Assembly: GCA_046582655.1 (NCBI GenBank)
Contig: JAYGDX010000413.1
Location: 84,130 to 148,129, forward strand
DNA: 64,000 bases
Origin: Candidatus Poribacteria bacterium
GTDB taxonomy: Bacteria; Poribacteria; WGA-4E; UBA9662
Direction of reading: 5' to 3'
Below are positions 42,283 to 52,454 of the stretch, one piece after another. The notes under the pieces are model-generated. The model had not been told where the DNA came from, did not search any database, and saw only the letters and a program-made list of their open reading frames with translations. The number at the start of each line of letters is the position of its first letter. Position 1 is the first letter of the stretch. The translations under genes and the position numbers were made by a program.

Positions 42283-42564
42283 ATGTCACAGCTACGGCAA
42301 AAGATACTCATGCTTTATCTGCATACACCGAATCTTGACAGCCACGTCGTTGCCTGGTCAGAATATGATGGCACAGACAGATCCAATGCTACAACAGGAG
42401 ACAGCGATCAACCTCCATATAATTCCGTTCTGGCCGCAATGAAGGAAGGTTGGCGAGTAGTCCAATTCCCACAGCAATTCCCTGCCTATCCAGGCACGGA
42501 ATACCATACTGCATATCTCAGGTTTGAATACATCCTCGAAAAAATGGAGAAAATCGATGATTAA
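42283..42564 (+). CDS. Small hypothetical protein coupled to the PhyH gene
   Basis: MSQLRQKIL...PPYNSVLAAMKEGWRVVQFP; overlaps the next start. Confidence 0.75.
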   Translation: MSQLRQKILMLYLHTPNLDSHVVAWSEYDGTDRSNATTGDSDQPPYNSVLAAMKEGWRVVQFPQQFPAYPGTEYHTAYLRFEYILEKMEKIDD

Positions 42565-43372
42565 CAAAAATTATCTCTTAGATTCCAAACAGATGGCAAA
42601 TTTTGCCTCTGATGGATTTCTTCGGTTTGACGAATTAGTTCCTGACGAATTAAACAAAGCTGCTCATAAAGCTATGGAAGACAGGACCATTGAAGGAGGT
42701 CGCGCTGGTACAGCATTCAGTCAGGTATGGTCTCAAGATTCTCCTATGCGCAGGATCTTCAATATGTCTGAAATTCAGGGAATTATTCATAGTATGGTTG
42801 GACCGAAACCTCTATATGACCACCAAGCTATTCATGTTGTTAACGCCGGCAACAACAGCGGTCAAATTTGGCATGGAGACGCTATTATTGATATACGCAT
42901 GCATTTTGACATCCAATTCTTTTACTTTGCCCATGACACGCCACGTGAAATGGGAGGGACCATGATTCTACCAGGCAGCCATTATCGCCGCATTTGCGAG
43001 ACAGACATCGCGCGGTATCAGAACTTCTTAGGGCAACTACCTTCTGTCTGTAAGGCGGGCACAATTATAGTTGTTCACCATGGCATGTGGCATTGCGCCC
43101 AGCCAAATCTGACTGACCGCACACGATACATGTTTAAACTGAGACTGAACCCAACAGTGCGCCAGATGCAACTCTGGAACACAGATGATATTGATGATCC
43201 TTCAATACCCGGGCTATTGGGTAAAAATCACAAATGGTATGGGAATGATGTTCGTCTTGAGTTTGTCAACCGAATCAAATTCTGGCGGTTTTTGACAGGC
43301 AATGAAAACTTTGATATCGGGTACTGGTTATCCCGTCTGGAAAATATGCCGGAAAATGTTGCTGTCGCATAA
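42557..43372 (+). CDS. Phytanoyl-CoA dioxygenase (PhyH) family Fe(II)/2OG oxygenase
   Basis: 'DGFLRF', WHGD (HxD), 'GGTMILPGSH', 'MWHC...R'. Confidence 0.85.
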   Translation: MINKNYLLDSKQMANFASDGFLRFDELVPDELNKAAHKAMEDRTIEGGRAGTAFSQVWSQDSPMRRIFNMSEIQGIIHSMVGPKPLYDHQAIHVVNAGNNSGQIWHGDAIIDIRMHFDIQFFYFAHDTPREMGGTMILPGSHYRRICETDIARYQNFLGQLPSVCKAGTIIVVHHGMWHCAQPNLTDRTRYMFKLRLNPTVRQMQLWNTDDIDDPSIPGLLGKNHKWYGNDVRLEFVNRIKFWRFLTGNENFDIGYWLSRLENMPENVAVA

Positions 43373-43586
43373 AACTTAAATTAAGCCTAGAAGAAGACTA
43401 TATTAAGTATAAAATAGCAAAGTATGCTGAAGACGGCGAAAAACATAGCGGAGTTTGAGGACATTTGTCCTTCTATTTCTGTTTGTTTGAACAAAAATGT
43501 TGACATAACCAAAATTTGTACAGCTCCAAACTCGGTTTCGCTGAATTCTGTGCACGTAAAATTTGCAGGTAACCACATTTAAATTG

Positions 43587-43859
43587 ATGGCTGATATTAA
43601 AAAGCTGCCGATTGATGGGACTCTTGATCTACACACGTTTCATCCAAGTGACGTGAGAGATCTTGTTAAAAACTATCTGATTGAATGTCAGAAAATTAGA
43701 ATATATCGTGTTCGTATCATTCATGGCAAAGGAGCGGGTGTACTGCGAGAAATTGTCCACTCGGTGCTTTCGGATCTAAGTTTTGTTGCTCAGTTTCAAC
43801 TTGCTGATGAGAGGGAAGGTGCCTGGGGTGCCACATTGGCAAATCTCAAGTCGATTTGA
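43587..43859 (+). CDS. Stand-alone Smr/MutS2 domain protein
   Basis: 'LDLHTF', 'IIHGKGAGVLR', 'GAWGAT'. Confidence 0.9.
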   Translation: MADIKKLPIDGTLDLHTFHPSDVRDLVKNYLIECQKIRIYRVRIIHGKGAGVLREIVHSVLSDLSFVAQFQLADEREGAWGATLANLKSI

Positions 43860-44024
43860 GCGAATAACAAACTGGCTCCAACTTAAATTATGCTGTTTAA
43901 ATTACCGCTCAACATAGGACCTCAGGATTCAGTTTGCGTGCATAAGAGATGATATGTTATAATCGGCGTTGGAATTTGGGAAAACAGGCTTTCTGTGAAT
44001 CGAATTATTTACAAGGAGAAAAGC

Positions 44025-45086
44025 ATGACACGATTGAAAATAGTACGTTCTACATTAGTTATTTTGCTATTAGCTTCGTCAGTTTGCATGGCACAGACTG
44101 TTGTTCTAGTTGATCCTTCTGTCGTAGAATCACCAACTGTGGGCGAGGATCTGAAAGTTAGTATTAAGATTAGTCAAGGCAATAATATTGCTGGGTATCA
44201 ATTTACACTGGAATTTGATGGTACTGCTCTTGAGTATGTTACTATTATCAACGCGGACTTTCTGCCTGCAGGAGCGTTTGCTATTCCTCCAAAGGTAAAC
44301 GGTGAGAAGGTAACTTTAGCCGCAACCTCGCTAACTGGAGGAACAAACGGCGACGGAACGCTGGCTAAAGCAACCTTTAAGGTCCTTAAAAAATCGGATT
44401 CTACACTTAAACTCTCAGGCGTCAAGCTTTCTGATCCAGATGCAACTGCGATTACATCGAAAACTGTAGATGGTAAAATTGCTTCGGAATTTGCTGCTAT
44501 TATCACGAAACGGCCGTTTGGTGGTAAATCCCTTAAACTCAACGCTAAGATTACCACAGCGGGTGCACCTGTGACTGCGCTGAGAGCTGTCTCACAGGAT
44601 GCAGGCATTGCTAAAGCTGGAACATTCATCGAATATCAAGTAAAGTTTTCAAATCTGAGTGTTTTGAAAGTCGGTGGTGTTTATGTTCACACAGCAGACG
44701 GCAAAGTAATTGGGCCGTCGGATATAGCCCAAGGAATGCGACTGCAAGCTGATGAAGATGGTGGTTGGGTCCATAGCAGATTATCTCTAACCCCCGTCGC
44801 TGGCAAGCAAATTGCCGCCATTACCGTTGGAACCAAAGTTGATTCGGCTCCAGCGGGACTTTTCAGTATGTTGGTTGACAATATCCAGTTGACTAACGGA
44901 AACAAAATGTTGCAACCGATATGGCTTTCTTCTGCCAACGCTGGCGATCCGGTGTCAGCTGAGCCTTACGGAGATCTCGTCGGCGTTGAAAGTCTTGATC
45001 TAGATGTTAGTGATGATGTGAAAATTGCTGTTGAACCCAAGAATAAGGTCATCACAATTTGGGGAAAAATCAAGAATTTCAAGTAA
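44025..45086 (+). CDS. Secreted cohesin-domain protein
   Basis: RBS AAGGAG, signal peptide, cohesin 'IAGYQFTLEFDGTALEY...GDGTLAKATF', C-terminal 'AVEPKNKVITIWGKIK'. Confidence 0.85.
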   Translation: MTRLKIVRSTLVILLLASSVCMAQTVVLVDPSVVESPTVGEDLKVSIKISQGNNIAGYQFTLEFDGTALEYVTIINADFLPAGAFAIPPKVNGEKVTLAATSLTGGTNGDGTLAKATFKVLKKSDSTLKLSGVKLSDPDATAITSKTVDGKIASEFAAIITKRPFGGKSLKLNAKITTAGAPVTALRAVSQDAGIAKAGTFIEYQVKFSNLSVLKVGGVYVHTADGKVIGPSDIAQGMRLQADEDGGWVHSRLSLTPVAGKQIAAITVGTKVDSAPAGLFSMLVDNIQLTNGNKMLQPIWLSSANAGDPVSAEPYGDLVGVESLDLDVSDDVKIAVEPKNKVITIWGKIKNFK

Positions 45087-45121
45087 TTTTCTGATTCTGA
45101 AATACTTCTCTAAACTGAGTC

Positions 45122-45158
45122 AAAAATCCTAATCGACTAAATGATTAGGATTTTTTTT
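45122..45158 (+). terminator. Rho-independent terminator
   Basis: aaaaatcctaatc / gattaggattttt inverted repeat ending in a T8 run. Confidence 0.8.
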
Positions 45159-45190
45159 GACCTGGTTTTTGGCGCTGAATTAATCTTTCC

Positions 45191-45219
45191 TTGACACTAT
45201 ATTTAGCCTTTGCTATGAT
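45191..45219 (+). promoter_or_regulatory. Sigma70 promoter
   Basis: TTGACA-N17-TATGAT with extended TG. Confidence 0.7.
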
Positions 45220-45255
45220 ACCTTAGCTTTCTCACTGTTTTACCTGCCTAGAAGG

Positions 45256-47202
45256 ATGAATATGAAGATTCCAAAACCCATGATCCTTTTACTGATTTTA
45301 GCTGCCATGCCAATTTTGTCTGTGGCTGATAAAGCATTCAGGCACGTCTCTGGAAATGTCGATGTTTCAGTAACGGATTTTGGATCATTTACAGCATTTC
45401 GGGGTGGTGGTTTTGCAGATAATTTTGAGTACCCTAAAGGGAGTGGCAAGTACTATCTTCAACAATTTTCCGAAATCTGGATTGGCGATGCAAAAGGAAA
45501 CGTCGCAACCGCTTGGAACTTAACGAACAAAGGGGTTGCCCCCCTCTCGGGCAACTGGCGAACAACGGATACTGGGGAGGTTACGCTTGATCCCAAACCG
45601 GATGGACGGCAGATTGTAAATGCGCAATATGATTCACATCGCATTAAAGGGTTTCCGCTAGACTTGCTTGTTGACCAGCAGAGTTTTTCTTGGTCAACTA
45701 AAAATCATCCGGAATATGACGATTTTCTGATTTTGAAGTTAACAATTACAAATCCTGGTGCGGTTAATCTTAAAGGTATTTATGTTGCTCTCAGTACGAA
45801 TTGGAACGTTGATGGTGAAGATATAAAAGCGGGGCAATTAAGCACTGATATGATGGATTGGGACGAAGAAAACCACATGCTTTTTGCCTTTGATGCTGAT
45901 AGTAAGGACAAACGAGATCCTGTTCATGTCGGTACGGCACTAATTAGTGGAAACTTGGCTGCCCACCAAATCTATACTTTTAGAAATATTAAAGGGCAAG
46001 TAGATGTTGGAGTTTTTAACGACGCAAATCGATCACTTTTTATGTCGAACCCCAATTTCCTAGTTGCCAAGCGGATTGGAGGACGATCCAGAGCAGATTT
46101 AGTTAAACTCAAGTTTCCACCGTGGGACTACATGGGAATCTTGTCGTCAGGACCACATACCATCCGAGCAGGCAAATCTATTTCGGTTACGTTTGCATTA
46201 GTTGCTGGCAAGAGTTTACCAGATCTAAAACAAAATACCAGTAACGCCAAACAGATCGCATATGCCTCGCCCAGCATTACGGCAAAAGTTGTCAAAGGAG
46301 GCGTCAAAATAGGGTGGGAAAAACCGATTAGCTTTGTTGGAGGGTACCAATTATTTCGAAGGATCGAAGGAGAAGAAGAATTTGAGCAGATTGGCCCTCG
46401 CATTATAGAAGGTGCTGTTTTTCCCGATACAGATGTCCAATATGGCATTGAATATACATATAAAGTTGCGGCAGTTGATTATAAAGGTACGCCAACCGAG
46501 TCTTATTCTCAGGAAGTGACAGTCATACCAGATTTCATTCCTGATCCGCCGGTTGGAATGACTGGAGAGGCAACTGCAAATGGAGATCGTTTTCTACTGA
46601 GATTGCCAAAACCCATTCAGAAGATCAGTGGGTATATCATATATCGTAATCATACCGGCGAACCACCCTGGACACCAATAGCCAAAGTTAAGCCAGATAC
46701 AACCAACTTCACCGACGTGAATATTTACCCTGATCACCAGTATTTCTATGCTTTGGCAGCAACCAATCAATCTGGCGATATCGGCGATATTGCCGTAATG
46801 GTAAACCCTGAAACTGAAGAACCTGTCAGTTTAGAGATCATTGAAGCGCCGATACCTTCTGCAAAACTGGATTTGCAGAAGGTTATTGTCTATCCCAACC
46901 CATTTCAGATTAGTCGACATCAAACCATGATATTCGATAACTTAACGGCCCGTGCAATGATTTACATCTACGATGGATCAGGTACTTTGATTCAACAATT
47001 GGAACACATTGATAAGAGTCCTGGCTTGGAATGGGACCTTAAAAATCAGGATGGAGAGTCTTTATCAGCTGGAGTTTACATCTACTATGTTGAGGATATT
47101 GGTTCTGTTAAAACCCATAATCTGGTAAAAGAGGAACAACTTCCTCATCCCTGGGAAATTGAAAAACTCAAACATACTGGAAAATTTGCCGTAATTAATT
47201 AA
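45256..47202 (+). CDS. Secreted FN3-repeat protein with a T9SS/FlgD-like C-terminal domain
   Basis: Signal peptide, FN3 motifs 'GYQLFRR..YTYKVAAVD' and 'GYIIYR..YFYALAA', C-terminal 'VYPNPF...IYIYD..G.LI...WDLKNQDGESLSAGVYIY'. Confidence 0.85.
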   Translation: MNMKIPKPMILLLILAAMPILSVADKAFRHVSGNVDVSVTDFGSFTAFRGGGFADNFEYPKGSGKYYLQQFSEIWIGDAKGNVATAWNLTNKGVAPLSGNWRTTDTGEVTLDPKPDGRQIVNAQYDSHRIKGFPLDLLVDQQSFSWSTKNHPEYDDFLILKLTITNPGAVNLKGIYVALSTNWNVDGEDIKAGQLSTDMMDWDEENHMLFAFDADSKDKRDPVHVGTALISGNLAAHQIYTFRNIKGQVDVGVFNDANRSLFMSNPNFLVAKRIGGRSRADLVKLKFPPWDYMGILSSGPHTIRAGKSISVTFALVAGKSLPDLKQNTSNAKQIAYASPSITAKVVKGGVKIGWEKPISFVGGYQLFRRIEGEEEFEQIGPRIIEGAVFPDTDVQYGIEYTYKVAAVDYKGTPTESYSQEVTVIPDFIPDPPVGMTGEATANGDRFLLRLPKPIQKISGYIIYRNHTGEPPWTPIAKVKPDTTNFTDVNIYPDHQYFYALAATNQSGDIGDIAVMVNPETEEPVSLEIIEAPIPSAKLDLQKVIVYPNPFQISRHQTMIFDNLTARAMIYIYDGSGTLIQQLEHIDKSPGLEWDLKNQDGESLSAGVYIYYVEDIGSVKTHNLVKEEQLPHPWEIEKLKHTGKFAVIN

Positions 47203-47224
47203 GGATAGAATTGCTTGTCCTAGC

Positions 47225-47253
47225 TTGACAACCTCAACAGTGATTGATATAAT
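47225..47253 (+). promoter_or_regulatory. Sigma70 promoter of tRNA-Leu
   Basis: Perfect TTGACA-N17-TATAAT with extended TG. Confidence 0.85.
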
Positions 47254-47263
47254 TGCAAATCAT

Positions 47264-47346
47264 GCCCCTGTGGTGGAATTGGTATACACGGCAGGTTGAG
47301 GGCCTGTGCCTTCTTAGGCGTGCTGGTTCGAGTCCAGTCGGGGGCA
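47264..47346 (+). tRNA. tRNA-Leu(GAG), CCA not encoded
   Basis: Acceptor GCCCCTG/CGGGGGC plus A; anticodon arm GCAGG-TTGAGGG-CCTGT; long variable arm; GGTTCGAGTCC T arm. Confidence 0.95.
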
Positions 47347-47362
47347 TTCTTAGAATCTTTTG

Positions 47363-47384
47363 AAGGGCTAATTAGCCCTTTTTT
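47363..47384 (+). terminator. Terminator after the tRNA
   Basis: aagggct-aatt-agccctt followed by a T run. Confidence 0.7.
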
Positions 47385-47388
47385 GTGC

Positions 47389-49179
47389 CTAGTCCCCAAG
47401 TTTATAGATCCGGTAGGTTCGGTCCATCGCTGCTTCAACCCTCGCTTCGAAAACGATATCATAGTTATGATCTTTTCCTATAATTCCTACAAGGTATGGT
47501 ATCCCACCCACATCTTGGACCTGGTTAGCTAACTTCTGTAAATCCCTATCAACAATCTGTTGTTTGGCATCTCTGGTGGTTGTTTGATAAACCGAACGAT
47601 CCGCGTAAAACATAAGATAAAAGTGGGTTCCGTAGTCCGAATGATCTATAAAGAAACATGCGTTGTCAGGGAAATCGGTTCTGATTTTTTCGCCAATGGC
47701 TTGATACAACGGGTGATTTACATTCCTGCTGGTAACAGTAGTTGAGGAATCAATATATCCTTTGGCATAAAAAATTGAGATTCCTACCACACCAAGGCGA
47801 AGACAAAACCATACCCATCTTTGCCAACTAAATCGATGGATCAGCCAATGACAAAGAAACAGAAACCCCAAAACAACCCCGAACACCAAGAGTTGTTTAA
47901 TAATCCAGAAGTTCGTTTCAAGGTACGGAGCTAATTTACTGAGCGTATCAAACTGATCTCGCCCTTTAACCAGGCTTTTTCCTCCCTTTATGATTACAGT
48001 TGCTAATGTCAAAGCAAACCATGATGCGGTGTAAATCCAGTCATTTTTTCGCCATGATCTGCTGATGATTACCGACAGGCAGATAACCAGTGCAGGTGTT
48101 ACAATCATTGTCGCGGATGGCGTTTTGGTTAAAGCAAAAGAATGTGGAACTACTACACCAATTACCCAAGCTAAGGTGAGGAATTCACCAAAGGATCGAT
48201 TCTTGAACGTTGTCCAGATAAGGCATAGGACAGCACCGATCACAATAGTATAAATGACTGGATAGAACTGAACCATGTAGTCAAAAAGTGGTCGATCCCA
48301 GGTTGCTCCCCAACTTTCCACGTCCGCAGACAGGTGATCTAAAACACGCTTATGTTCCCATATATATTCCTTGGGATGCTTAATTAAGCAGTAAGTTACC
48401 CATGGTATTACCGTCAACATTGAAGACAGCAACTGTACGGCAATATCACGCACTCTAATTCGCCCATCCTTTAGATTAAGCATTTTGATCCGTGTAGCGA
48501 CCCATATGGCAATGGCAATACCAAATGTAATCAGTGCTAAATAGCTTTTCGACAGGTAGGCTAACCCTTGGGCAATCCCACAAAGAGCGTATAGTCCCAA
48601 TGTACCGCTACGGATTGCCCGAATAAGTAGCCAACAGGATACTTCGACCCAGAACAGAAGTGCTATATCAATATGATCAGAGTAGTTATAGCCATGAATT
48701 GATCCAAATAGGAATGGGTTAAAACCTTGCAGGAAGGCGGCGATGACGCCAGCACGCCGGTCAAACAGATCTGCAGCGATTCGATAAGTCACCCAGACAG
48801 CCATTGTTGCTAAGATGGCAGATGGTAAACGCAGCGCAAGGGTATTCTCACCTAATGCCCAGTACGAAAGAGCAATTTTCCACATGGCCAACGGCGGTTT
48901 GTGCAACCAGATATGATTAGCACCCCACCCTTTGTAATCATAGGGAAGCCATGGTTGATCATAGAGCGTAAACGTGAGAGGGTGTTTAAGCAAGTTACGG
49001 GCAACGATTGCGTGGAATCCTTCGTCCCAGTAGTGTATTGCCGTATGTCCGAGATTTCGTAAGACTGCCAGGAAGGAAGCTAGCAAGATCCAGAATATTG
49101 CGAATCTGGCATTAATACATTTGCTAACCCAATTGCGTGTGACAAGACACGAAATGGGATTGGTGGTAAGCTTGATCAA
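47389..49179 (-). CDS. GT-C fold (ArnT/PMT, family 39/83-like) glycosyltransferase
   Basis: 'WDEGFHA', 'HKPPL', 'ALRLPSA', 'LAYLSKS', many TM helices. Confidence 0.85.
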   Translation of the reverse strand: MIKLTTNPISCLVTRNWVSKCINARFAIFWILLASFLAVLRNLGHTAIHYWDEGFHAIVARNLLKHPLTFTLYDQPWLPYDYKGWGANHIWLHKPPLAMWKIALSYWALGENTLALRLPSAILATMAVWVTYRIAADLFDRRAGVIAAFLQGFNPFLFGSIHGYNYSDHIDIALLFWVEVSCWLLIRAIRSGTLGLYALCGIAQGLAYLSKSYLALITFGIAIAIWVATRIKMLNLKDGRIRVRDIAVQLLSSMLTVIPWVTYCLIKHPKEYIWEHKRVLDHLSADVESWGATWDRPLFDYMVQFYPVIYTIVIGAVLCLIWTTFKNRSFGEFLTLAWVIGVVVPHSFALTKTPSATMIVTPALVICLSVIISRSWRKNDWIYTASWFALTLATVIIKGGKSLVKGRDQFDTLSKLAPYLETNFWIIKQLLVFGVVLGFLFLCHWLIHRFSWQRWVWFCLRLGVVGISIFYAKGYIDSSTTVTSRNVNHPLYQAIGEKIRTDFPDNACFFIDHSDYGTHFYLMFYADRSVYQTTTRDAKQQIVDRDLQKLANQVQDVGGIPYLVGIIGKDHNYDIVFEARVEAAMDRTYRIYKLGD

Positions 49180-49184
49180 TTCGT

Positions 49185-50273
49185 TTAAGTGGTTTGCAAA
49201 ATCCCTTCGAGTGTAGATATAAAGCGCTGATTTTCTTCGGCAGTACCGATTGTGACACGGATCGAATTCGGAAACCCATAACCGGCTACGGGTCTGACAA
49301 TCACCCCTTTTTGCAATAATTGATCTGCAATTTCCTGACCGGAGGTATCGAAGTGGACTAGAATGAAGTTGCCTTCTGATCGTACATAGTCGAGTCCAAT
49401 CTCATCGAAAAAATGGTAGAGTTGGGTTTTACCCCTTTCGTTAAGTTCACGACTTTCTCGCACGTGTTGATAATCCTTTAATGCCGCACGTGCGGCAACC
49501 TGTGCCAGCGTGTTGCAGTTGAATGGTTGCCTAACACGATTCATCAAGTCAATTATCTCTGGAGACGATATACCATAGCCAATTCTTAGTCCAGCCAAAC
49601 CATAGATCTTGGCAAAAGTACGGGTAATAATAATGTTTTCTTTTTCACTAATGTAATTGATAGTCTGAGGATAATCTGATCGGTTTATATATTCGCAATA
49701 TGCTTCATCAAAAATGATGAGGACATGACCTGGAACCCGTTCTATAAGCTGTTCAACCTGATTCTTGGTAACCATTGTTCCGGTTGGATTATTCGGATTG
49801 GCTACAAAAATCACCTTTGTCCGATCAGTGATAGCATCTGCCATAGCCCCAAGATCCTGATCAAAACCCAACATTGGAACGATGACTGATTTGGCACTAC
49901 AGATTTTGGAAACAAGTTGGTAAACTACGAATGCACTCTCGGAGAATATCACCTCGTCGTTGGGCGAGATGAAAGTTTCGCCGACGATTTGTAGAACCTC
50001 ATTAGATCCGTTTCCCAAGAGGAGATTTTCAGGTAAAACGCCGAGGTGTACGGCAAGATCCCGCTTTAGGTAGTAGATATTTCCATCAGGATACAAGTTG
50101 ATATCGGACATCGCTTCCTTCATGGAGGCAACGGCTAGCGGGGATGGCCCAAGCGGATTCTCGTTAGAAGCGAGTTTGATAATATTTCCTATACCCAGTT
50201 CACGCTGTACTTCTTCAATCGGTTTCCCACCTTGGTATGGCTGGATCTCATCAATTCCAATTTTGGGTTTCAT
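49185..50273 (-). CDS. hisC: Histidinol-phosphate aminotransferase
   Basis: 'YQGGKPIEEV', 'IKLASNENPLG', 'NPNNPTG', 'DEAY', 'RTFAKIYGLAGLRIGY'. Confidence 0.95.
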   Translation of the reverse strand: MKPKIGIDEIQPYQGGKPIEEVQRELGIGNIIKLASNENPLGPSPLAVASMKEAMSDINLYPDGNIYYLKRDLAVHLGVLPENLLLGNGSNEVLQIVGETFISPNDEVIFSESAFVVYQLVSKICSAKSVIVPMLGFDQDLGAMADAITDRTKVIFVANPNNPTGTMVTKNQVEQLIERVPGHVLIIFDEAYCEYINRSDYPQTINYISEKENIIITRTFAKIYGLAGLRIGYGISSPEIIDLMNRVRQPFNCNTLAQVAARAALKDYQHVRESRELNERGKTQLYHFFDEIGLDYVRSEGNFILVHFDTSGQEIADQLLQKGVIVRPVAGYGFPNSIRVTIGTAEENQRFISTLEGILQTT

Positions 50274-50439
50274 TTCTTGGGTTCCAGCAACTTTTACGCA
50301 CTTAATATATGGGTTCAAAATATCATGAGTGATGGTAGGTGTCAAGTTCAAACGACTTGATCGAAGATGAAATGGATATGAGGTAATTGATGTGTTATAA
50401 TGGTTTTAATAATCTTTATCTGAATAAAAGGAGAATCGA

Positions 50440-51420
50440 GTGGAAAATCCAGGAATACTTGACGGCATAGAATCTTACATTTCGAAGTTCGATCCCAAGT
50501 CAACCTCCAAATTGGTTTTCTGGATCTTCATTGCACTGATTGTATTGATTGCGGCATCAACCTGTTTCTACACAGTTAAAGCTGATGAACAGGCCCTGAT
50601 CTTACGTTTCGGTAAGCATGTTGATACCACCAACCCAGGTTTGCATTTTAAGCTGCCGTTTGGCATTGACAAAAAATTCGCGGTTCCGGTCAAACAGATA
50701 TTCAAAGCGGAATTTGGGTTTCGTACACACAGTGCCGGAGTGCGAACGCAATATGATCCTAACGATCAATCACAAGAATCACTCCTATTAACAGGAGACC
50801 TGAATATTGCTGATGTTGAATGGGTGGTCCAATATCAAATTTCTGATCCACTCAAGTTTCTGTTTAGCATACGAAAACCAGTGGCCGCATTACGCGATCT
50901 GAGTGAATCAGTAACGAGTCTAGTCGTTGGTGACCGTACGGTTACTAATGTGCTGACTGTTGGCCGAGCCTCGACTCAAAACGACATAGAAGAACGGTTA
51001 AAGCAGAAATTAGCGGAATACAATACAGGCTTGAGGGTCGTCGAAGTTTTCCTGCAGGAAATTAATCCTCCGGAAACAGTAAAACCTGCTTTTAACGCAG
51101 TCAATGAAGCAAAGCAGGAAAAGGAAAAGCTCATTAACGAAGCACTGAAGGAGTACAACCAAGTTGTCCCGAAAGCCTCAGGGCTTGCCAAAAAAATGAT
51201 CTCAGAGGCTGAAGGGTATGCGCTTCAGCGTGTTAACGAAGCCAAAGGGGACGCCGACCGGTTCAATGCAATTCGGGCTCAATATAATAAAGCCAAAGAA
51301 GTAACGAAAAAAAGGCTTTATTTGGAAACGATGAGTAAAATACTGCCTAGCGCCAAGGAAGTTTATATCATCGACGATAAGTCCAACCAGCCAATTCCAA
51401 TCCTACAACTTGGACAATGA
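50440..51420 (+). CDS. hflK: FtsH protease modulator HflK (SPFH)
   Basis: TM plus SPFH domain, 'LLTGDLNIADVEW', 'AEGYALQRVNEAKGDADRF', 'RLYLETM'. Confidence 0.92.
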   Translation: MENPGILDGIESYISKFDPKSTSKLVFWIFIALIVLIAASTCFYTVKADEQALILRFGKHVDTTNPGLHFKLPFGIDKKFAVPVKQIFKAEFGFRTHSAGVRTQYDPNDQSQESLLLTGDLNIADVEWVVQYQISDPLKFLFSIRKPVAALRDLSESVTSLVVGDRTVTNVLTVGRASTQNDIEERLKQKLAEYNTGLRVVEVFLQEINPPETVKPAFNAVNEAKQEKEKLINEALKEYNQVVPKASGLAKKMISEAEGYALQRVNEAKGDADRFNAIRAQYNKAKEVTKKRLYLETMSKILPSAKEVYIIDDKSNQPIPILQLGQ

Positions 51421-52382
51421 GGAGACATCTTGTGAATAACCAGATTTTAATCATACTTGGCATTGCTATAGCTGTAATTATTTTGGTTTTTAGTGGCGTT
51501 TTCTACATTGTGCCTGAAGGTCAACAAGTTATCATTACGCAGTTTGGCAAGCCTATTGGCCAACCCCACACAACCTCCGGTTTGAAAATTAAAACGCCAT
51601 TTATTCAAAAGGTTGACCGATTCGATAAGCGAATTCTGGAATGGGATGGTCGAGAAAAGGAAGTTACAACCAAGGATAAAAGGTTTATTTGGTTGGATAC
51701 CACAGCACGCTGGAAAATTGTAGACGCCCTGAAGTTCTTCCAATCACTCAAAACTGAAGAGAACGCCCAATCGCGTCTTGATGATATTATTAATTCTGCC
51801 TCACGTGATCTGGTAACAGGACAGAAACTGGTCGAGGTCGTCCGAAATACTAATGATATCCGGCAAGCTACGGAAGATCTAGATCAGGAAGGAGAGCAAA
51901 ACACTGAACAGATTGAAGTAATTGAAGTAGGGAGACACAAAATAGCTCAGATGATTCTGGAAAAAGCACAGCAGAATTTATCTGAAGAGTTTGGCATCGA
52001 GATCGTTGATGTCCAAATTAAACGGATCAACTACGTCGATCAAGTCCGCCAAAAGGTTTTCCTGCGAATGATTTCAGAACGCCAGCGGATTGCTTCTAAA
52101 TACAAATCGGAGGGCGAAGGGGAAGCGGCTGATATTGAAGGTCAAGCTGATAAAGAGCTACAACGAATTCAATCTGAAGCATACAAAACAGCAGAACAAA
52201 TCAAAGGTCAAGCTGATGCAGAAGCCATCCAAATCTATGCTGAAGCTCACAGCAAAGATCCAGAGTTCTATGCCTTCACCAAAACGCTTGAGACTTACCA
52301 GAAAACAATCGGCGAAACCGAGAATACCAAACTCTTTCTAACAACTGATAGTGATCTTTACAAATACTTGAAAAAACCGTAA
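51417..52382 (+). CDS. hflC: FtsH protease modulator HflC
   Basis: 'QFGKP', 'FDKRIL', 'RMISERQRIA', 'DPEFYAFTKTLETY'. Confidence 0.92.
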   Translation: MRRHLVNNQILIILGIAIAVIILVFSGVFYIVPEGQQVIITQFGKPIGQPHTTSGLKIKTPFIQKVDRFDKRILEWDGREKEVTTKDKRFIWLDTTARWKIVDALKFFQSLKTEENAQSRLDDIINSASRDLVTGQKLVEVVRNTNDIRQATEDLDQEGEQNTEQIEVIEVGRHKIAQMILEKAQQNLSEEFGIEIVDVQIKRINYVDQVRQKVFLRMISERQRIASKYKSEGEGEAADIEGQADKELQRIQSEAYKTAEQIKGQADAEAIQIYAEAHSKDPEFYAFTKTLETYQKTIGETENTKLFLTTDSDLYKYLKKP

Positions 52383-52454
52383 ACAAGTCACAGGCGGAAG
52401 TCTATCGTTTAAAACTAAATCGGTTTACTCGAACAGGAGTTCTGCATTCAGATA

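Noticed and set aside
47264..47400. tRNA-Leu as an integration site of a genomic island
   Set aside because: No integrase and no duplicated tRNA 3' end were seen; a terminator and ordinary genes follow
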